A stretch of 64,000 bases of DNA from Aplysia californica (GCF_000002075.1 NW_004797449.1:512324-576323); one strand, 5' to 3'. Positions 14,076 through 26,527 are shown, counted from the first letter of the stretch. Notes: generated by a model not told the origin, from the sequence alone. Numbers and translations are program-made.

Positions 14076-14230
14076 CTGGCTTGACTCTATAGAGAAGTGT
14101 GAGAGTGTCGTCAGTGGTGAGAGCTGTGACGTGCAAGTTGTTCACCGTTGGTACAACGTCAGCCAAAGCTGTCAGCTCGTGGAAGTGTGTGGCAAACACA
14201 CAGAAGCACTTGATCTTTATGGAGATATGT
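14076..14230 (-). CDS. MSH2: MSH2 exon 24
   Basis: [51 protein letters not shown]; CAG/GTATT. Confidence 0.95.
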
Positions 14231-14317
14231 CTGAGCACAAAGTGAGAGGGAAAAAAAATAATAATAATAAAATAAATTTTTTTTGGTATACCCCAAGAAC
14301 AAAACTACAATTTAGTA

Positions 14318-15009
14318 CAGTGGAATCCACTTATAACGAGTCCTGAGATAACGAAAAGTCTGTTATAAAGACACTTTTCTAAAACCCCGTTTTTTCCCTT
14401 CTTTATCTTTGTAAATAAAATACTAATATAACGCAATCAGACAAACATCCGAGTCGGTTATACCGGAATATATCTGCTGCTGTGCACAGCACATATGCCA
14501 TTTATTCATGTAAAACCTCGCCAGTTGAGGAACTTGCTGGTTATCTTGCGAAACTAAGAATGGGAGAGCCCACGAGTGCCAACAATGAAGGCCGGATTGA
14601 ATGAGTGGGGAGAGTGTGGCATGCACAGACAAGCAGAACGCATAATGTGATAGGCCACCCTAGTCTAGATTATCTAGGCCTATCATGCCTCTCACTTCTC
14701 CGACGCGGGGATGGAGAGGTCATTGTGCTGCACTGTGATGGACAGAGCGAACATGTGACGTGGGCGGGATATGTTCCCATTGTGTGCAAGCAGATGGAAC
14801 GCACCAAAGGGTGTGGTGGGGTGGGGGACAACACAGAGGGCGAGTTAGCCTAGAGAACTTTCTTTCTGATCGCCAACGCCGAGCTGTCAATATCGCTAGC
14901 ATTTTACTATTTCCCTTGAATTTATTACTGGATCCATTATAACGAGAATCTTGCTATAACGGACATTTGACACCAGTCCCATCCCTCTCGTTATAACAGG
15001 ATTCCACTG
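14318..15009. mobile_element. Tc1/mariner(pogo)-type MITE
   Basis: TA-CAGTGGAATCC...GGATTCCACTG-TA with subterminal TTATAACG repeats; another copy begins at the last bases of the window. Confidence 0.8.
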
Positions 15010-15011
15010 TA

Positions 15012-15955
15012 CAGTCCGTGCTGGCTTTAAGCACGCCAGCTTAAAGCACATTTCGAACTCAAGCATGCTAAACGGCTCTTGCCGAATTTTCGCTATATAA
15101 ATTACATGCCTTTAAGCACGGTAACTTCGGCTTCAGGCACCCTTCATTACAAGACAGCCAATACTTTTATAATAACCCATCGAAGTTCGAACACTGTCTA
15201 CACTGCAGCAGTGGAGTGTGTTAAGAGAAACATAAAGAACACAAGTGATGGAGGCACACACTCACACACACGGAGAGGAAGGCAGAGAGATGCACGCAGA
15301 CATAGGATCTAGCCTACGGCAAAGCTACACACAGACTAATTTAATTTAGTAGAGGTTTTACGGCACTCGCAACAGCTTAAGGTCATATGAGCGCCAGAAG
15401 ATTAGAGGTGTTACAACAGAGTAACAAACATAAAAAAGAAGAAGGGGAGATAAGGATGATAGATGTTTGATAGGAAAGAAGAAGCAAACCACACCAGAGC
15501 ACCTAAAAATACAAAGAGAGTCAGGGAGACGAGAAAGGGAGGCTGGCTGCGATTTCACCTTAGACCCTCGCTATCCATTAATCCTGATTGTGTATCACGC
15601 GCGAGGTGGGACGAAGGCGGTGGTATGAACCTGGTACAGCGGGCAGTGGTATGCACTGGCAGTGTGTAGGCCTAGTGTGCTGTATCGTGACTGGCCGTCT
15701 AAATTAAGTTTTCATTTCCCATTCGACCACAAAACAAAAACAAACAAGCAAACAAAAGCTACCATGGCGGGTAAAAATAACAGTGCACACTTTTGCGGGA
15801 CAGCTATAGGCCTACTTACAAACAAAGGGAAATAGCACGAGAAATTTTCTACAAGAAAATCTCTGGATTATGTCTACTTTACACTCAAGCACGCTTTGGC
15901 ATTAAGCACGCTTATGCTTTCTCCCGATGAGCGTGCTTAAAGCTGGCATGGACTG
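15012..15955. mobile_element. Tc1/mariner-type MITE abutting the previous one
   Basis: TIRs CAGTCCGTGCTGGCTTTAAGCACGC / CAGTCCATGCCAGCTTTAAGCACGC with TA flanks; a family B copy is nested at about 15343-15503. Confidence 0.8.
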
Positions 15956-16506
15956 TACACACATAATAGCAAAATTAGTCAGACGCAGAAATCTTTTCAT
16001 TACGTGCCAATTTCACTATGCGCCTTTTCTAATCACAAAGAATAACACGTACAAGAAAAAAAATCTGGACCAGAAAATCTATTCACTGTGGGTGTTTGCT
16101 ATGTGCATGTTTTGCTGTGTGTGTATTCGACTGTAGCTGCATTTGACACTTTTACACAATAATTGATTTCTCTATCTCTTCCTCCTTTCAAATCTTTATC
16201 TCTTCAACTGAACACGCCACACACACACACATACACACCAAAATGATTAATTAACCCCTTGGATGCCCAATGACGCACCTGGTACGTCATGAAAATGTGT
16301 TATTTTTAGCTTTGTGCCATACCATTGACATCACAGAAGAGACATTACTAGAGAATAACAAAGAAAAAGATAAGGACCATAAATGTTTGATAGGAAAGAA
16401 GGAGTAAACCACACCAGAGCACACGCCAACTGATGGAATATGTTCAATATCCCTTTCAACATCAACACATGATGTAAAAAAACCCAAAAAAACCAAGTTG
16501 TCTTAC

Positions 16507-16598
16507 TCAGAGATGGCCCAGGCCAGACCAAAGCCGTCGTAGGTGGATGTCCCTCGGCCCAGCTCGTCAATGATGATAAGGGAGTCAGGGCTCGCACT
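16507..16598 (-). CDS. MSH2: MSH2 exon 23 (Walker B)
   Basis: [31 protein letters not shown]; CAG/GTAAG. Confidence 0.96.
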
Positions 16599-16717
16599 CT
16601 GGACAAAAGGCAAAAGAGGAGGAAAACAAATGTTTAATCTAAAAAGAAAAAAAATTTTTTGAAAAAAAAAAAACAACCCCAACCCCAAACAAACAAAAAG
16701 CAAATCTATGTGTTTAA

Positions 16718-18289
16718 CTCATTCGCTACGTATTATTTTCGGCTTGTGGACAAATTTTTTTTCGGGAGGGCGAAATGAGATGATGACTAGTGTGCAGTTC
16801 ACAGGTCTTGGGGGCCATAAATTCAAATAAATATCAACTTATTACATACCAACATTTTCAGTATGGTTTATAGAACACATCTGTATTGTTTATTTGAGTA
16901 TTTTTCAACTTTGGTTCATGTAAGAGGCGATTATGCAACACAATTGTGATTGGCTGCGGATAAAATTTGAAAACAAAAAATTAATAATCTCAGATGAAAC
17001 TCAAAAAATATGTTTGCACCTAGTCAAATTATACCTCAAAATAACCATAATTGTATATAGAACAGGAAAATATTGAAAAATGAGCAGTTATTTACATACT
17101 ACTACTACTTTTCCTTTTTCATCCTCTGTTGCCGTTAAGCGTCGAGGGGAGATGCAGTTTTCTATGGTAGGCCAGCTCCGCAGCTCTTTCAGTTGTGATG
17201 TTATGTTTTCTTAGGGTTTCCTTGATACCCTCGATCCACCTTTTGCGTGGCCTTCCTCTTCCGTTATAGCCTGAGTGCTTGGTGTAGTAGGCTCTCAAGG
17301 CTGGCTGGTCAGGTGACATGCGTAACAGGTGGCCAAACCATTTTATTCTCTGTCTTTCTATGTAACGCAGGCAGGACTCAGTGCCGATAGCTGCTCTTAC
17401 TTCTTCATTTCTCTGCCTATCTCGTCTTGTGATGTTAAGGGTTTTGCGGAGAAATTTCATTTCGCATGCGTGATTTTGCTTTCATGGGTTTTGTTTGAGG
17501 TCCAGGTCTGGCACTGATAACATAATGTTGGTATGAATATTGAGGTGATAAGCTGTCTCTTTGTGTCCATGGAGATGTTTTGATGAGATAAAAGGGGTGC
17601 GAGCTGGTAGGTGACCGATGTGTTTACATACATTCCATAATATTTGTACATTTGGATCATAACCTCCGATATTGAAAAAAAAATAATTCTTTAATAATTT
17701 TGAAAAAAGGATTCCAAACAGAAAAAAACACTCGTATCTTATATGAAATTATTCAGAATTGAATTTGGAATAAACCCATACATGTCTTGGGTGGTACTTT
17801 TTGAGTAATTTCACCAAAAAGTAGTGATTTTGGGGAGAAAAAAAATATTTTGACTATTTAGATCTAGGCCCAGATCTAGCACTCAAAAATATTGATTTCT
17901 CAATTACAGTGCACTGGCAATTTGAGTCCAGTAGTATCAATATTATAAAGAAGAGTCCTACATTTATTTAGTGAGCAAAATAATGATACATTTTGTTGTG
18001 TAAAAGTACTAAGACTGGTGTCTGGCTATAATTTGGGCTTCGCGATAAAACAATGTCGCATAAACTTCGAAATCGTGTTTCAAAACTGAATCAAAACTTC
18101 CGATTTTCGGTGGAAACGCTTGACCCGGAAGTCAACTTTATATTATGACCTTTATTTTAACATGGATATGTGGATTGGAATAGAAACCAAGCTAAAATTG
18201 AACGTCGGTTCTCGAGCCGCCGGGGGCGGCTTAGCGTATTGACGGCACTTTAGCCGCGCCGCCCCCCACGGCTCGGCGTAGCGAATGAG
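16718..18289. mobile_element. TTAA-targeting (piggyBac-like) non-autonomous element containing a LINE insertion
   Basis: 13-bp perfect TIR CTCATTCGCTACG; left flank TTAA, right flank TTAC. Confidence 0.7.
17097..17660 (-). mobile_element. RTE-clade LINE 3' fragment, frameshifted
   Basis: YKYYG...IFIPTLCYQCQTW...MKFLRK...RRDRQRNEEVR...KWFGHLLRM...GRGRPRKRW; (AGT)n tail. Confidence 0.85.
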
Positions 18290-18612
18290 TTACCCCCCCA
18301 TCAACATAATTTACATCATTTTTAGAGTGGGCTTCTGACCGTGCCCAGACTAAGAAACATACAACATCTCAGCAAAAATACCAGACCTACTACTTGTTTT
18401 ACAAAAAGTCATTAAACACAACAAAGAAATAATGTTTCTGATATTTTTATTTCCTTTAGACTCCTGGCAAACTCACCTTAAGAACAGAAGCTGTTGTTTG
18501 TAACTTCAAAAGGGGGGGACCCAACAACAAGTAAAAAAAAACAACACACAGTAATAGACTACAAAGAAGAAATATTTCAATATATTTTTCTTCAAGCTTC
18601 TGAGCGACTCAC

Positions 18613-18780
18613 CCTGAGAATGGAGGCGGTTTCCAACATCTCAGCCATGAAGGTAGACACGCCCTTGAGCTGTGAGTCTCCTGCACCAACACGCGCCAGG
18701 ATGCTGTCAGTGACGGAAATCTCTGCGCTGGAACACGGCACATAGCACCCAATCTGGGCCATCAGCACAGCCACTCCCAC
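18613..18780 (-). CDS. MSH2: MSH2 exon 22
   Basis: [56 protein letters not shown]; CAG/GTGAG. Confidence 0.96.
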
Positions 18781-19318
18781 CTGGAAAAACCACACATAAA
18801 TTTGTGAGTTAGTGTGGTCAAATCAGGCATTCCTCAAAATAATGAATTCGAAGAAAACGATATTTTCCTTACCGGTGCACTGAGCAATTTTTTTCCACTT
18901 TTTCCATGTGTGTGTGCGTTCCACAACAACTTTTATGTCCATTCAAAAACGTTAGTAGATTTTACCGCAAAAGTTTAATTTGCAGTTTCCAAGGGCACTA
19001 CAAGGTTTGAAGGTCACCTAACTTCGGCAGCCATAGCCTCGCCAAATTTACCTCTGACACCAGGCCAGAGTTTACAGCACTTGCAACACAATAAGGTCAT
19101 ATAAATGCCCGGGATTACAGGTGTTATTAGGTAGCAACATACAAAGAGCAGGTATCATCACTTGGTAAAAAAGGAGCAAACTAAACCAGAGCACCTGCCA
19201 ACCACATAAAGCTTACTTTAACACTTTGCCACCTCATCTCGCCGATTGGCCATGTTTACCACTCAGTTTCTTTGGATTTTCCCCAAAATATGATGGCAAA
19301 GTGTTAACTAGTACTCAC

Positions 19319-19383
19319 AGATCTGATGTATGTAGATTTTCCTCCCATGTTGGGACCTGTGATTATGTGAAACATTTGGGAAT
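19319..19383 (-). CDS. MSH2: MSH2 exon 21 (Walker A)
   Basis: [21 protein letters not shown]; CAG/GTGAG. Confidence 0.95.
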
Positions 19384-19874
19384 CTGGGGAAAAGGGAAAA
19401 AAAAAAAAATCCCATCAAAACTTGAGGATTGGGGGTGGGGGGAGAGTCAATAAAAGCCATTTACTGCATGGAAAAGCAAAATAGACAAAACAACAGAGAG
19501 AAAGAAAAGAAGCAGGACCTACCAGTGGCACCCTCTGACCACCCACAAACTTTTAGGCAGACGAAAACTTGAACCTTAATAAAAAATAAAAACAAAGCTA
19601 AAGATAGATAAAATTCAAGTTCATAAATGCATAAATAGTTTTAGTAAAGGGTTTGACAGCACTTGAAACACAAATAGGTCATATGAGCACCAAAGATATG
19701 AGGTGTTACTTGAGAGTCACGCACAAAGAAAAGTAAGAGGAGAAATATCGCCCACAGATGGTTGATAGAAAAGAAGAAGGGCAAACCCCGCAACAGCACC
19801 AGTCAATCACCCACACCGAGAGTTGTTTGAACCAGAACTTAAACATCCCATCACAAGACTTCAAGGGTAATTAC

Positions 19875-19970
19875 CTTTTTCAAAAGTAGCATCATTGGAG
19901 ATGAAAGAAACGTCATCTTGCATTTCCAAACATGGATGTCGAATTTCTGTGAGTCTCAGAATGCCATCTC
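19875..19970 (-). CDS. MSH2: MSH2 exon 20
   Basis: [31 protein letters not shown]; TAG/GTAAT. Confidence 0.93.
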
Positions 19971-20606
19971 CTACAATAATAGATTGATGGAAAGAAAACA
20001 AGTGATACAAAGTTGCAACAAATTGTAAAGTTCGGGGGAGGGGGAGGGGGGAAGAGACTGCAACAGTTATACATATACTGCTGGATTAAAAAACTTTAAC
20101 AAGCATATCCCCTGGGTATATCTTACACCCACAACACATTAAAGTCTGAGAAAAAGTAAATGTTGACATCCAAGACGGACAAAGAAATCACTAGCTGGAT
20201 TTTTTAAGTCTGCACAAGCTTTTCAGCATTAGTGTATCAAAGGAATGAAGTTGCTGTATTTGTGCCAGAAAATAATATTTGAGTAAGAGTTTTATGGCAC
20301 TTGTATCACAATAAGTTCAGATAGGCTTATTGTAAGCACAGAAAATTAAAGGTTTACAAGAGAGTAACAAGGACATAAGCGGCGGATAAAAGTAAAAGTA
20401 AAGTTCAAGAGAGTAACGAACACCAAAAAGGAGGGATAATAAGGAGCCAATCATACACAATTAAAAATCATATTTACACTGAGTAAACAAATGAAACATC
20501 AGAAATATGTCATTTCAAAATTCTGATGCATTGCCAGAAGCAAAAATACAAATCCACTTCAAAACATTGTTACAGATATTCAAACCAACTCCAACACACA
20601 CATCCT

Positions 20607-20847
20607 TACCTTAGAATTACACAATTCTATCCGCTCAATATCTAGTTTTGAGAAATCTGACATAAATATTTTTCAGTATCACAATATGTCAAGCTATTTC
20701 GAAAGCAATTCTATGGATTTCTTGATAACGACTCTGAATAATCTCACAATTTTGATACGGCGGACAGAACATTTGGCTTCTGACCATATGGTGTTAGCAA
20801 CTCAAAAAAGCCAAAAATGTCAGATAGAACTTGATAGTTCTCTGGTA
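20607..20847. mobile_element. About 240-bp MITE family with imperfect TIRs
   Basis: Copies at about 24838-25108, 47977-48210 and inverted at about 44168-44420. Confidence 0.65.
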
Positions 20848-20910
20848 ACGACATGATAAAAACACAAACCCACTGCATCACATTATCATATTTTTTAAAA
20901 ACTGACTGAC

Positions 20911-21036
20911 CTTTAGGAAGCAGCTTTGGCCTGACATAAGGGATGGGAGCACCGGAGGAAGCGATGGAGAAGGAGACCAGGACGTCCAGCTGGGCCACAA
21001 TGTCGTTGAGCATACACATGGGCTCCACGTAGCCGG
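20911..21036 (-). CDS. MSH2: MSH2 exon 19
   Basis: [41 protein letters not shown]; CAG/GTCAG. Confidence 0.94.
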
Positions 21037-21286
21037 CTGTGGGGCACACCAGGGACAACAAGGTCCGTTGTTTTAGTAAGAGTTTTACATCACTTGCAAC
21101 ACAATAAGGTAATATAAGGGTCAAAGTTTAGAGTGACACATGAGAGTAACATACACAAAAAATGGGAGGGGGGATGGGGGGAGATAAGGATGAAACATGT
21201 TTCATAGGAAAGAGGGAGAACACCACATCAAAACACCCTCCAACAACCCACAGGGACAAGGATAACCACTGAGCATTGAAGATATA

Positions 21287-21460
21287 CAGTCTAGAATGCA
21301 CGTAGCAAAATTGGCGGGATGCAGAAATCTTTTTGTTGCATACGAAATTTGCTATGTACATGTTTGCAAAACAAAGAGAGAGAATAGAAGTTCAAGACAA
21401 AATTTGAGACATGAAAATCAGTTCGCCATGTGTGTTCTGCTATGTGCGTGTATTAGACTG
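21287..21460. mobile_element. Small TA-flanked MITE
   Basis: CAGTCTAGAATGCACGTAGCA ... TGCTATGTGCGTGTATTAGACTG; related copy near 15958-16134. Confidence 0.65.
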
Positions 21461-22094
21461 TATTACTGTCCCTGACTTAAGGTGTAGTTTATCGTAAGTC
21501 AGCACATTTTGCCGTGAAGCTGATTGGGACAGAAAACCCCCCAGTGAAAAATAGTAGAAGTGAACTCCAAAAGCAAACAAGTGTGTGTGTGCGTGCGCGC
21601 GTAGCTGCTCTTGTTTTAAGTCCCAATTGGCATAACACTTGATTTAGGAGGCAGGCAGCTTCCAACCTGCATGTTAGAGCCAGCCTGTGCTGAGTGAGAA
21701 ATAATGTCACAGCAGAGAGATGGAAAAATTTGATGAAATGGACTTCCCCGATGGGAATCAAGCTCACATCTTTTGCCTCGAGTGGTGAATAGCCTAACCA
21801 TTACATTACCAACACTGGTGAGTTTTGGGGTTTAAAAAATTTTTTATGTATGTGTTTTACGCCCCCATCGACACAATGTAGATCATTCAGGAGGAGACCT
21901 GAACAACCCAAACGGGACTGAAAGGAATACAACATCAGAAAGAGCCGAGACACTATAAAAATTTCTCCCAGCTCAGGAATCAAACTATGATCTCCTGCAC
22001 GCATGCGTGAGCGAAATGCCTGGCTACTACATCAAAGACATTGTACACTGGTGAGTAAGTAAAAAAGAAGAGAAGTGTAGCGAGTGTTGTATAC

Positions 22095-22266
22095 CTGCGA
22101 TATTGATGACTTCTGCCACCACACTCTTCTGCTGCTCGTTGTAATCCTCCCGCGCCTGCTGGTACTCATCATTGAGCTGTCGCACGGATGAGTTGTGGAA
22201 GCGCACACCGTTTTTGTTGGTATCGATGGTATGGTACTTCTTGTTGTTCCTCAGCGCTTTCTCTTC
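22095..22266 (-). CDS. MSH2: MSH2 exon 18
   Basis: EEKALRNNKKYHTIDTNKNGVRFHNSSVRQLNDEYQQAREDYNEQQKSVVAEVINIA; CAG/GTATA. Confidence 0.94.
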
Positions 22267-22807
22267 CTGTGGCAGGAAACAACATGCTATTTAGTTTTTT
22301 AAAATAAGCATTTTACGGCAATTGCAACACAATAAGGCCATATAAGTGCCAAACATTAGAGGTGTTACAAGAGAGTAACAAACACAAAAGAAGAGGGAGG
22401 AGAGATCAGGGCCAAAGACGTCCGATAGGAAAGAAGGACCAAACCATACCACAGTACCCGCAAACATTATACAGACGAGCCTACTCTAACAGCCGCCCTG
22501 TATAAGACAATAACCCGTCACTTTCCACTTACCTTAATTCATTAAAAAAAAAAACATTATAGTGACACTGAATGTGTAAGAAATTCACCCGTCTCTTGAA
22601 CAATGGGGTGGCCGACTTAAACAATTTCGACTGTACTTATAAACACATTTAAGAGAGAAGCACATAAACACAAAAAAAAAGAAAGAGAAGCTAATGAGAA
22701 GGACAGAGAAGACTGTGGAGGAGACGAAGTATGTGAGACCAGAGTGTGTTTTTGGCTTAGTATGTGTTTTACAGCATATGCGACACAATTAGGTCATATA
22801 CTTGAAG

Positions 22808-23329
22808 TAGGCTCTCGTGGCCTAGAGGTTAAGGTGTTGGCCTCTCATTCAAAAGGTCCCAGGTTCGAATCCGGGTAGCGACCGAAAAATTTTAATCTCT
22901 AAAATTGTTTCCTTTCACCTTCTTTCCTGCTCTCTAGCAATATTCTGTTGTCTGCTTTCATTTCCACTTTCTGCCCCCACCCCCTCACCTCCTTTGCCCC
23001 CTCCTCTGGGCCCCTGATTCTTTCTGCAGCCTTTCTACTGCTACTCCTTGGCTCCTCCTTACTGCTGTCTTTCTGCCACACCCCTGATCTTCTGGTAGGA
23101 AAGATCTACACCTAGCCTTCTCGGACAAGGGCGAAAAATCTCGGAAGTCCCGTGTGCAAGTTGCGCACGTTAAAGATCCCTTGGTGGTCTAAAATCGATA
23201 AGAGTAGGCTTCGGCTGCCACACGGGCAAAATTCAAAATTTCCTACCAACTGAAAATATTAGGTGTGTCCCGCGCGCTCATATGACCTTATGCAGTTGCG
23301 AGCGCCATAAAACACTTTACAAAAACAAA
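22808..23329 (+). mobile_element. tRNA-derived SINE, family A (Deu/Nin-domain-like), full length, 12-bp TSD
   Basis: A box TGGCCTAGAGG, B box GGTTCGAATCC, central GCACGTTAAAGATCCC...TAAGAGTAGG, A-rich tail; TSD ATATACTTGAAG at 22796-22807 and 23330-23341. Confidence 0.9.
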
Positions 23330-23790
23330 ATATACTTGAAGAAGATTAGGTGTTGGTAGACGGTAACACACACACACACAAAAAAAAAGACCGATGAGGA
23401 CGATACATGTTTGAAAGAAAATAAAGAGCAAACCATACTAGAGCACCAGCCAACCACCCACCTACAGTGTTTGAAAAACAAACTCACTTCCCTCAAAACA
23501 ATGTCTACAAAATACACATCCACAGCATTGCCACTTTAGGTTAAGGGCAGAGCAGTTTGTTCTTTTCTAGTTCTGGTCTCCCTTGCACATATAAACAAGC
23601 GTCCAAACATTTAAAATGTCTAAATGGTCATACATAATAGCTAGACATTCCATGACAGAAGACCTCATCTGTGGGAAGGGTATGGAATTCACATCCCTTT
23701 CACTTTCTACACAAGTTCTTTACAAGACAAAATCTTCCACTCATGCATCAAACATCATAAGGACCTTTTATTTAAACTCCAGGCTCCTAC

Positions 23791-23880
23791 CTTTCTTGTG
23801 ACTCTGAAGAAATATCCCAGCTGGTTGTTACTTTCCAACTTGAGAGTTTTGTTAGGTTCTAGGTTCAGATCTCTGGCCAC
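23791..23880 (-). CDS. MSH2: MSH2 exon 17
   Basis: [30 protein letters not shown]; CAG/GTAGG. Confidence 0.94.
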
Positions 23881-24150
23881 CTGAAGAAACAAAACAACAG
23901 AAATTTAAAAAAAAAAAAAAAATTTTTTACTGTAGGTGTTTTTACGCCCCCATTGACCCAATTTAGATAATTTAGGAGGCAGGCTGACAACCCCACCTGT
24001 CAGGGCCAACCCGGGCTGAGACGGATACAACATCCCAGCAGAAAGACCGAGGTACTTGATAACGAAAACATGACATTCTTGCACAGTAGGTAAACTGATA
24101 AAGTTTTTACCATTTTGCCTGCCGGCTTATTATCTTTTTGTCTTTGTTCG

Positions 24151-24324
24151 TTTTAGTAGAGGTTTTACGGCGCTCGCAACTGCATAAGGTCATATGAGCG
24201 CCAGAAGATTAGAGGTGTTACAAGAGAGTAACAAACATAAAAAAGAAGGAGGGGAGATAAGGACGATAGATGTTTGATAGGAAAGAAGACGCAAACCACA
24301 CCAGAGCACCCGCCAACCACCCAC
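24151..24324 (-). mobile_element. Family B short retroposon (about 175 bp), best-preserved of about 20 copies
   Basis: Sense GTGGGTGGTTGGCGGGTGCTCTGG...GGCGCTCATATGACCTTATGCAGTTGCGAGCGCCGTAAAACCTCTACTAAAA; other copies near 11990, 15343, 16325, 19065, 19640, 20278, 21068, 22290, 22755/23342, 27935, 28945, 29290, 29368, 29550, 31622, 33248, 33580, 33975, 36555 and 51865. Confidence 0.8.
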
Positions 24325-25124
24325 TCTTTTTGTCTCTGGAGCCAGCAAAATCAATTTGACCAAACAAGAGAGGACATGTAAGAGAGAATGCCCACACATA
24401 CAATATCCTCTACAAGACTATTATCACATCCATCCCCCCCAAATAAATAATTAATTTAAAAACTGACACAGAATCCACTCTTCCAACATCCCTATTTGTT
24501 TGCCCAACTTCTCTATATAATCTAGTCACAAAGTTTATGATCACCTGTACAAATGGCCAATTCCCTTTTCCCCCCCCCCTTGCATTTTTTCCCCACATCA
24601 TAATGACACTACACTGTGTAAGATATTCCACTTAAGACAACCATTTTTCTCCTCAACAACGGGTGGCTGTCTAAGACAATTTCAACTGCAGTTGTACATG
24701 AAGCTTCTAAAAATAAGACACAAGTTCAGCAGCATTTCCTGGGAAACCAAAGATATATCAGAACATAGACTGTCAAACCACAGATTTGTACTTTTAAGAC
24801 TGGGCAAATTACATCGGAAAGGAAAAAAAATATTCGCTACCTGAGAATTACAAAGCTCTATCGGCTATGTACCGAGTGTTGAGAAATTTGACATCAAAGA
24901 CTTTGAGTTTCACATCATATCAAGGTTTTTTTAATGCAATTCTTTGAATATTTGACAACGACTCCGAATAATCTCACGATATTGATAGAGCAGGTAGACC
25001 ATTTGGTTTCTGACCTCTCAGTGACTCAAAACAGCCAAAAATGTTAGACAGAACTTTGTAATTCTGACTCAAAACAGCCAAAAATGTTAGGACTTTGTAA
25101 TTCTGAGATAGCGAGATGTTTTAC

Positions 25125-25180
25125 CTTGTTCAGCTGTCCCTTGATCTCCTTCTCCAGCTCGTCCATTTTGTTCCTCAGTT
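25125..25180 (-). CDS. MSH2: MSH2 exon 16
   Basis: LRNKMDELEKEIKGQLNK; CAG/GTAAA. Confidence 0.9.
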
Positions 25181-25594
25181 CTGCACACAAAGAAACAAAA
25201 GACAACTGAACAGTGCTGGAATGTTCATGGGTCAACTCAGAAACTGTCAAAATTTGTCCATTTTTCCAAATCGACAAACATAAGAACACGAAGATGTCAT
25301 TCTGGAGACATCAGAAAATGAGTTATGTTGTAGCCATAAATACCCACGCAAAGACTCCGTTTTTAAATTACTACAACCAGGCACCCTGACTCAATTTGTA
25401 CCAAATAGTGTTTGATCTGGGGTTTCAGTTAATAGAACTTGGTCTTCATTTGCACAACAATAGACATAAAATCTTCAATCCTGCTCGACAAAGAGATCAA
25501 ACAAACATTGGAGTTACAGATTATTCTTCAGACAGAGACCGCTACGTGCTGTCGTCTCCAAGCACGCACGCAAGCACACACACAATCAAGTCAC

Positions 25595-25709
25595 CTGTGA
25601 GATTATCGTCAAAATCTGCGCGTATGACAAACTCGTGTTGTTGAATCTGCTCCATGTCCACCGTCGTCTCCACCATCTCCTGGTATTTGGCAAAATCTAG
25701 CAGTAACTC
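25595..25709 (-). CDS. MSH2: MSH2 exon 15
   Basis: [38 protein letters not shown]; CAG/GTGAC. Confidence 0.92.
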
Positions 25710-25866
25710 CTGGAAAAACAAACATACGGGTCAGTAACTCCTGGGAAAGCAAACATATGTGTCAGTATCTCCTATATGTGTCAACAACATGTCAGTAACT
25801 CCTGGAAAAACCAACATGTGTCAGTAACTCGTCGAAAAACAAACATATATGTTTGCCCATCAGTAA
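25701..25866 (-). repeat. About 30-bp tandem array of the exon 15 acceptor junction
   Basis: Repeats of ATGTTTGTTTTTCCAG|GAGTTACTG with junctions at 25709 (real), 25740, 25771, 25801 and 25830. Confidence 0.85.
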
Positions 25867-25980
25867 TACTTCAGAGTTTGTATCAATAAAGAGAAGCATA
25901 TCGGCACAAAAACAGCCATTTAGTGCAGGGAAAGACAGTCAGAAACAACAGAATCAAAAGGATAAACTGTTGATCAAGTA

Positions 25981-26527
25981 ACCACCTTGATGGGATTGCT
26001 AAATACCTCTTTGAGCTGTGTGTACATTGTGTGTGTGCATGTATGTGTGTATATGTGTATGTGTATCCAGCACTCACCTTGATGGGGTTACGAAACACCC
26101 CCATGAGCAGAGCCAGATGTTTCCCATCACTGTGTATTTGTACATGTGTGTGTTTGTGAGTGAGTGCATGTATTTGTAAATGTATATATGGGTGTGTGTG
26201 AGTGTGCGTGTGTGTAGTACCAGCACTCACCTTGATGAATTTACTTAACACCTCCACGAATAGCAATAAATATTCACTGTGTGTGTGTGTGTATGCGCGC
26301 GCGCACGTGTGCGTATGTGAGTAGAACCAGCACCCACGTTGATAGGATTACTAAACACCTCCATGAGCAGCGCCTGATGTTTCCCCTCACTGTGTGTGTG
26401 TGAGTGAGTGTGTGAGTGAGTGAGTGTAAGCGTGCGCGCGCGTGTGCGTGCATATGTGAGTAGCGCCAGCACCCACCTTGATAGGACTACTAAACATCTC
26501 CATGAGCAGCACCCGATGTTTCCCCTG

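Noticed and set aside
22808-22885. tRNA-like sequences (also near 8860, 30190, 35340, 54500 and 61810)
   Set aside because: A/B boxes are followed by SINE bodies, tails and in several cases TSDs; cloverleafs are imperfect, so these are SINE heads rather than tRNA genes
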